From sequence record MH791411.1: a DNA stretch of 64,000 nucleotides. One strand, given 5' to 3'. The first letter of the stretch is position 1. Each line of letters starts with the position of its first letter. This stretch comes from Escherichia phage Ecwhy_1. Shown here piece after piece: positions 54,020-64,000 of this stretch. The notes beneath the pieces were generated by a model. That model was not told the DNA's origin and did not search any database. It was given only the letters and a program-made list of their open reading frames with translations. Made by a program: the position numbers and the translations under genes.

Positions 54020-55087
54020 TTACTTACCTTGTTGTTTCAAACGAGCAACTAGTGCAGATGCAGAAAGTTGTTCTTTTGGAGCTTCAGCTACTGGTGCTGG
54101 TGCAGCAGCTACTGGTTCAGCAGCAGGAGTAGGAGTAGCTACTGGTGCTTGCGGAGCAGGAGTTTGTGCAGGAGCAGGTTGTTGTACTGGAGCTTGTGGA
54201 GCAGGTTTGTTTTCACTAATAGTACCAGTTGTTGGTTTTTGTACACCTGCTGGACGGTAAGCGAAAGCCCAACGTGCAGGGTCATAAGGTTTACCATCAA
54301 CAGATGCTTCGAACATTTCTTCGATAGCTTTTAGTTCTTCTGGAGTTGGTTGTTTTGGCATAAAATCATTTAGATTATATAGACCAAACTTTTCAATCGC
54401 TGCCAGTTCTTCTTCATTGAGTGGACGCTCGGACATGGAGAATTGAGACATGTCATAGCTATTGTAACCACCACCATTCTTAGTTTTAACAATACCAAAG
54501 TCACGACCGTGAATGTAGTGAGTTGGTAGTTCTTTGATGCCTGGGTTTAGCAGGATAGATTTAACTTTATCAAAGATATCTTTGTTAGCTAGGATACGAC
54601 GGATTGGGTTTTCTGGAGCAATATCGTCTTTTACTGCTACGCTATCAGGAGCAACGAAACATTGCATTAGATAGGTTTTCTTTTTCCAGTAACGACCAGC
54701 CATTGCTTTCAGTTCTTCGTTTCCAGTTTCATTCGCACTTTGGAACCATTGACGTACTTCTTTAAGAATTGGACATGATTTAGGAACCCACATTTCGTTA
54801 CATGGTACTTGAACGGTAACTTTATCGGTGTGCATACCAACAATACCTTGGAACGTTAGGTTGATCATATCACGTTCACGCCAGAAGAATGGGTTAGACT
54901 CATCAGCATCTGGTAGAAAACGTAGGTTTAGTGGTTCATTGTAAGGGACATTCCAGAAAGCTAGGAAAGAATCGGCTTTACGTTCACCTGTAAATGTACC
55001 ATTCTTCTGTGCTTCTGCTTTTTCTTGTTCAGCTTTTAGTTTTGCACGAATTTCAGCTAGAGTTTGCATATTGGGCTTCCTTGTCAT
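54020..55087 (-). CDS. 32: single-stranded DNA-binding protein, gp32-like, with Pro/Ala/Gln-rich C-terminal tail
   Basis: Cys/His zinc site pattern (PCNEMW...CPILKEV...), ELKAMAGRYWKKKTY as in the T4 gp32 core; C-terminus PAPQAPVQQPAPAQTPAPQAPVATPTPAAEPVAAAPAPVAEAP. Confidence 0.75.
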   Translation of the reverse strand: MTRKPNMQTLAEIRAKLKAEQEKAEAQKNGTFTGERKADSFLAFWNVPYNEPLNLRFLPDADESNPFFWRERDMINLTFQGIVGMHTDKVTVQVPCNEMWVPKSCPILKEVRQWFQSANETGNEELKAMAGRYWKKKTYLMQCFVAPDSVAVKDDIAPENPIRRILANKDIFDKVKSILLNPGIKELPTHYIHGRDFGIVKTKNGGGYNSYDMSQFSMSERPLNEEELAAIEKFGLYNLNDFMPKQPTPEELKAIEEMFEASVDGKPYDPARWAFAYRPAGVQKPTTGTISENKPAPQAPVQQPAPAQTPAPQAPVATPTPAAEPVAAAPAPVAEAPKEQLSASALVARLKQQGK

Positions 55088-55156
55088 TAGTTTGTTTGTT
55101 AAGTTTTAACGGGCTATTAACGTTGATTTGTCTTCATTGACTCATCAACAATTTAC

Positions 55157-55165
55157 ATTATATCA
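55157..55165 (-). promoter_or_regulatory. extended -10 element TGATATAAT (minus strand), proximal copy upstream of gene 32
   Basis: rc(55157-55165) = TGATATAAT; TTGGGA 18 nt upstream as a possible -35. Confidence 0.4.
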
Positions 55166-55232
55166 TGGGATTTTTAACCGTCCCAAGGTTTTTTTACTCT
55201 GTTTGTCAAGGCTCATTGCCCTGACAAACATC

Positions 55233-55241
55233 ATTATATCA
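55233..55241 (-). promoter_or_regulatory. extended -10 element TGATATAAT (minus strand), distal copy upstream of gene 32
   Basis: rc(55233-55241) = TGATATAAT; followed on the transcript by the stem-loop encoded at 55202-55228. Confidence 0.35.
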
Positions 55242-55242
55242 C

Positions 55243-60477
<5,235 letters not shown>

Positions 60478-60494
60478 TCACTTTCCCAGATTTG

Positions 60495-60501
60495 ATAAAT
60501 A
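60495..60501 (+). promoter_or_regulatory. late-promoter-like ATAAATA box, copy 1 of a duplicated TTTGATAAATAATAT element
   Basis: resembles the T4 late promoter core TATAAATA with G in place of the first T. Confidence 0.3.
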
Positions 60502-60556
60502 ATATCATAGAGATCAGGGAATATTGCCTTAAATTTAAATGTGGTTTATATTTTTT

Positions 60557-60563
60557 GATAAAT
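60557..60563 (+). promoter_or_regulatory. late-promoter-like ATAAATA box, copy 2, 47 nt upstream of the ATG at 60611
   Basis: TTTTGATAAATAATATTAAGC; strong AAGGAG Shine-Dalgarno sequence at 60598-60603. Confidence 0.35.
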
Positions 60564-60610
60564 AATATTAAGCAGGGTGTTCCTGCACAAAATTTGACAA
60601 GGAGATTTTT

Positions 60611-61210
60611 ATGAGTCTTAATTCTTTTAACCGTAACTATGGTATGTCTGCTACTGCTCGTGAATACTGGGGTGGTAACAATGGTTTCGTAACCATCGTT
60701 GTTGATCTACCAGCAGATGTTGAAGTTGGTACTACCGCTGTTACTTCTGACGGTTCCGAAATTCAAGATGAAGCACTACAAACTGCAATCAGTAATGCTC
60801 AATACAACCAATTCATGATTACCCAACTACTACAACAACGTGCAGTACTAGTTACTACTTCCGTACTAGCTCTAGACACCGCTGTTGTTATCCCTGCTGA
60901 CTTTAAAACAGTTGGTGGTAACGTAATCGCGTTTGGTACTAGTGGTGCTGATGTTGCGGGTGGTGCTGGTTCTGTTGCTCTAACCTTCATCTGTGAACGT
61001 CAAGACGTATTTGACAAACAAGAAGTTCGCCCAGGTGCTGCTTACTCTGTTCCAGTTGATCCAACTGTTGAACTAGCTAAAGCAATTGCACAAGCTAAAT
61101 TCTTCCGTACCAAATCTTATGTTGCTCTAGGTACTGATGGTGTTGGTGATGCTGCTGCGGCTGACGCTGTTGCAATTAAAGTTCGTGCTGCTCTACCAGT
61201 ACAACTATAA
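60611..61210 (+). CDS. Ala/Gly/Val/Thr-rich protein, paralog 1; probable abundant late (virion?) protein
   Basis: plus-strand ORF with strong RBS; codon usage (Leu cta, Arg cgt, Ala gct, Gly ggt, Val gtt) unlike the rest of the window; shares QQRAV...ATS...ER.(D/N)VFDK motifs with 61226..61915. Confidence 0.6.
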   Translation: MSLNSFNRNYGMSATAREYWGGNNGFVTIVVDLPADVEVGTTAVTSDGSEIQDEALQTAISNAQYNQFMITQLLQQRAVLVTTSVLALDTAVVIPADFKTVGGNVIAFGTSGADVAGGAGSVALTFICERQDVFDKQEVRPGAAYSVPVDPTVELAKAIAQAKFFRTKSYVALGTDGVGDAAAADAVAIKVRAALPVQL

Positions 61211-61225
61211 TAGGGGGACTACAAT

Positions 61226-61915
61226 ATGTCTAATACTAATACTTCTTTTGAACGTATCAATGGTTATTCCTTTGATAAAATTCTAGGTTACTTCTGTGGT
61301 AAAAACGCCCTAGCATCTATCGCAATTAGTAAAATTGGTAATGTTAACGTGCGTGTTACTGGTGCAGTTGGTTCTTTCGCTGGTCTACAACGTTTCCTAA
61401 ACACTGACGTAGCTGATGAAATCGTTGCATATCTAAACGAAAAAGGTATCATCCGTATCGATGGTACTCCATTTGAAGCAGCAACTCTAGAAGCTGATTA
61501 TAACGCTGCTTACGCTGCACAAACTAACGTTAAACGTATCGTTGATGTTGTTCAACAACGTGCAGTTATCATCGCTACTTCCGAAATCGCTGGCAACGAC
61601 GCTGACCCATTCGCAGTTACTGGTTTTACCAACGCTGCTGACGGTATCCTAAGTGTTGGTGCTGTTGATATCGCTAGTGCTTCAGTAGTTACTTTCCTCG
61701 TTGAACGTGCTAACGTATTTGATAAAGATATTCAATCTTTCCAAGGCGTTCCAAGTACTGAAATCGAAGAAGGCCGTCTACTAATTGATGACCTAACCGC
61801 AGTTCCACTACTCGCTAAAGATGGTGTTACTGAAGTTGTTCTACGTTCCCAAGCTGCTGATGCTGCTGGTGACTTCGGTATCAAACTATTCAAATTCATC
61901 CCAGCGATGGTTTAA
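61226..61915 (+). CDS. Ala/Gly/Val/Thr-rich protein, paralog 2; probable abundant late (virion?) protein
   Basis: same codon bias and shared motifs (VQQRAVIIATSEIAG, FLVERANVFDKD); followed by a strong terminator. Confidence 0.6.
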   Translation: MSNTNTSFERINGYSFDKILGYFCGKNALASIAISKIGNVNVRVTGAVGSFAGLQRFLNTDVADEIVAYLNEKGIIRIDGTPFEAATLEADYNAAYAAQTNVKRIVDVVQQRAVIIATSEIAGNDADPFAVTGFTNAADGILSVGAVDIASASVVTFLVERANVFDKDIQSFQGVPSTEIEEGRLLIDDLTAVPLLAKDGVTEVVLRSQAADAAGDFGIKLFKFIPAMV

Positions 61916-61934
61916 TAAATTAAAGATAAAAGAA

Positions 61935-61966
61935 AAGGAGAGCTTTTGCTCTCCTTTTTTTATTTG
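61935..61966. terminator. bidirectional intrinsic terminator (GGAGAGC-UUU-GCUCUCC + U-run)
   Basis: hairpin 61936-61955 then TTTTTTTATTTG on plus strand, A-rich upstream; lies between convergent genes. Confidence 0.65.
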
Positions 61967-62685
61967 TATGAACGGAACCCTTCAGGTAAACCAGGTAGAT
62001 TCTCTAACCCTTCGTTCGCATTCACTAGCTTTACGTCATAATCATCACTGAAATCATCCGTAGCTAGTTTACGCCCCATGTCTCTAACGAAGTTGTCAAT
62101 AATTTCTTCTTCGTCATTGCCTGGATGACCTTCCGCTTTTAACTTTTTCCAAAAGTATTCATTATAATCAAAAACAAATTCAACTTCATTTGTTTCTGGA
62201 TTAAGTACTACATCCAAATCAATCCAAGGTTCTTTACGTAAAGTAAAGATTTCCTTTGAATACTCTTGTTGTGTAATCTCTTCATAACGATATGCAAACT
62301 CGATAGCTTTAAGACGTTTGTCATCACCATCAGGCATTAGTTCGATTACTTCCATATCATACTCTTTTTGAGTAATTGCACCAGTACTTAATTTAGCATC
62401 AAGTAATTTTACATTATACTCATCACGGGTAATCTTGGAATACTTCAATTGTACATCTGCCTGTGCTATTAGATAATCAAGAGTTTCTAATACATTGTAT
62501 TTCTTTTTGATATCCAACTGTGCTACATCAACTTCATATGGTGTTAGATATGTAAGTTCTGCAACTAACATATCAGCTTCATAATCATCGTTATAGTAGT
62601 ATGCTTTCGCAATCTCTTTCGCTTTACCAGAAAGTCCCCAATGAGCGGGGACCATCCAGAAAGGAATAAACCTTTTTTTAGCCAT
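61960..62685 (-). CDS. hypothetical protein (about 240 aa)
   Basis: ORF track 61960..62712; start taken at MAKKRFIPFW to limit overlap with the upstream gene. Confidence 0.45.
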   Translation of the reverse strand: MAKKRFIPFWMVPAHWGLSGKAKEIAKAYYYNDDYEADMLVAELTYLTPYEVDVAQLDIKKKYNVLETLDYLIAQADVQLKYSKITRDEYNVKLLDAKLSTGAITQKEYDMEVIELMPDGDDKRLKAIEFAYRYEEITQQEYSKEIFTLRKEPWIDLDVVLNPETNEVEFVFDYNEYFWKKLKAEGHPGNDEEEIIDNFVRDMGRKLATDDFSDDYDVKLVNANEGLENLPGLPEGFRSYK

Positions 62686-62980
62686 TTGATTTCTTACCAA
62701 AAATTTCTTCAATTTTCATCACATAATATGTGTCTTCACCACCACCAAGATCTTCAGTGATAGGAGTGTTTAGTGATGAACGACCGAATACAACCATATC
62801 ACCAACACAAATATTATGTTCTGCAATTTGCCCATTAGGTAGTACTTTACCTTCACCAACTGAAATCACCATACCAACACATGGTGGTTCCACGTTTCCT
62901 AGGATAATACCACCAGTACTTTTATTCTGTGCTTCAATTTGACGAACCAGTACATAATCGTTAATCATTTTAATTTTCAT
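62678..62980 (-). CDS. Cpn10/GroES-like co-chaperonin
   Basis: from MKIKMINDYVLVRQIEAQNKSTGGIILG...VISVGEGKVLPNGQ...VGDMVVF...YYVMKIEEI, closely following the GroES pattern PLHDRVIVKR...KSAGGIVL...VLAVGNG...VGDIVIF. Confidence 0.55.
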   Translation of the reverse strand: MKIKMINDYVLVRQIEAQNKSTGGIILGNVEPPCVGMVISVGEGKVLPNGQIAEHNICVGDMVVFGRSSLNTPITEDLGGGEDTYYVMKIEEIFGKKSNG

Positions 62981-62981
62981 A

Positions 62982-63188
62982 TCAGTAACCTCCAGTGTTT
63001 GCAAACCATTTACCACGGAAATAAAGATTTGCACCTTTATCACCTGGGGTAAAAACTTCCAACTTCATAGTCTTCTCACCATTACATTGAGGACAATCAT
63101 GAGGTTCTTCACGATTGGCAATTTTTACAATCTTTTCTAAACTGTGTTTACATTCTTCTTTTTCACAACGATATGTATATAATGGCAT
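62982..63188 (-). CDS. zinc-ribbon protein (FmdB-like CxxC...CxxC)
   Basis: MPLYTYRCEKEEC...HDCPQCNG. Confidence 0.5.
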   Translation of the reverse strand: MPLYTYRCEKEECKHSLEKIVKIANREEPHDCPQCNGEKTMKLEVFTPGDKGANLYFRGKWFANTGGY

Positions 63189-63214
63189 TTTTTGTCTTCC
63201 TTTACTTATTTTTA

Positions 63215-63245
63215 AATCAAAAATTTGGGGAACTCCATGTTCCCC
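63215..63245 (-). terminator. intrinsic terminator (GGGGAAC/GUUCCCC hairpin), near-identical to the one at 19547-19565
   Basis: minus-strand AAUGGGGAACAUGGAGUUCCCCAAAUUUUUG directly after the gp45 stop; a TATAAATA box (rc of 63247-63254) lies just 5' of it. Confidence 0.5.
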
Positions 63246-63255
63246 ATTATTTATA

Positions 63256-63987
63256 TTAGCAACCTGTTACGTAAATCTTGTATACCGCAATACCAGTGTC
63301 TAGAGTTACGTTTAGCATACCAGTTTTGGTAATACCTAGGGTAACAGATTCTGCGTTAGAAACGCGGGATAGAGCTTGTAGAACACGGTCAATGTTATAA
63401 CCAAAACCAAGACCTAGTTCACCTTCAGTTTTAGAGAATGCTAGTGCACCAACGTGGTTACTTTTGTTCTTCTCACCAACGTGGAAGTAAAGAGTATCAC
63501 CTTCAGTGTATGGAGTTACTAGAGAACTGAAAGATTTAAACACACCAGAGAAGCTTTTTAGTTCCTGAACTTTAGCTGCACTAGGTGTAACCTGTACGTC
63601 ATATGGTTGTTCGTGGAAACGAGGCTGGGCTGGAATTAGTTTTTCTGGTTGAACCATGAAAGTAGTACTTGCATCTTCTGCTTTGAATGCTAGGCTCTTA
63701 ACTGCACCATCTTTCAAGTTAGAAGTGATAGTAGTTCCTTCAGTACTATAAGTTTTTAGAGACATTAGACCCTGTAGAAGACCTAGGTTACCAAGACCAA
63801 AACGACCTTGAACTTCTGGTACGTCTTCTTTAGTGTGAGCACGCATAACTAGGGTGCGGTCATCGGTGTATGCTTCCATGTAAACACGCTGTCCATCACC
63901 ACGGTCTTCACTGCTAACTGCGATACAAGAAAAGTCGATGCCGTTGGTAGTGTTAACTAGGTCACGTAGTACGTTGCGTAGATCCAT
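63256..63987 (-). CDS. 45: sliding clamp, gp45-like
   Basis: N-terminal MDLRNVLRDLVNTTNGIDFS resembles the start of T4 gp45 (from memory); about 240 aa; clamp genes otherwise absent from the window. Confidence 0.6.
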   Translation of the reverse strand: MDLRNVLRDLVNTTNGIDFSCIAVSSEDRGDGQRVYMEAYTDDRTLVMRAHTKEDVPEVQGRFGLGNLGLLQGLMSLKTYSTEGTTITSNLKDGAVKSLAFKAEDASTTFMVQPEKLIPAQPRFHEQPYDVQVTPSAAKVQELKSFSGVFKSFSSLVTPYTEGDTLYFHVGEKNKSNHVGALAFSKTEGELGLGFGYNIDRVLQALSRVSNAESVTLGITKTGMLNVTLDTGIAVYKIYVTGC

Positions 63988-64000
63988 TATATAATTCTCC

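Overview
This window reads as a segment of a large, AT-rich, T4-like (Tevenvirinae/Straboviridae-type) myovirus genome. Almost every gene is on the minus strand and tightly packed, with intrinsic terminator hairpins in the short gaps. Recognisable core genes are the T4-type replication, recombination and nucleotide-metabolism set: sliding clamp gp45, clamp loader gp44, helicase gp41, primase gp61, SSB gp32, UvsX, a UvsY-like protein, UvsW, Dda, a fused gp39/gp60 topoisomerase subunit plus gp52, the T4-type RNase H flap endonuclease, NrdA/NrdB, DHFR and two DnaQ-like exonucleases, together with a large terminase subunit. The most unusual content is (1) a thumb-less family-C (DnaE/Pol III alpha-type) polymerase palm split across two genes about 31 kb apart, with the break between the GS motif and the catalytic DxD; (2) a host-like cluster encoding an IF3 homolog, a ClpS-like adaptor, a KTSC-domain protein, a DUF3008-like protein, and a protein with a single HExxH motif; (3) a bacterial-type RNase HI alongside the T4-type RNase H; (4) a terminase gene interrupted by a +1 frameshift directly before its Walker A motif; (5) two plus-strand islands of paralogous gene pairs, one membrane-anchored with a frameshifted copy, one Ala/Gly/Val-rich with codon usage typical of highly expressed late genes; (6) LemA-like, Cpn10-like (two copies) and NADAR-like accessory genes. 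No tRNA, rRNA or CRISPR array was seen. All calls rest on reading the six-frame translations and motifs by eye; no database search was run, and GC content was judged by eye only.
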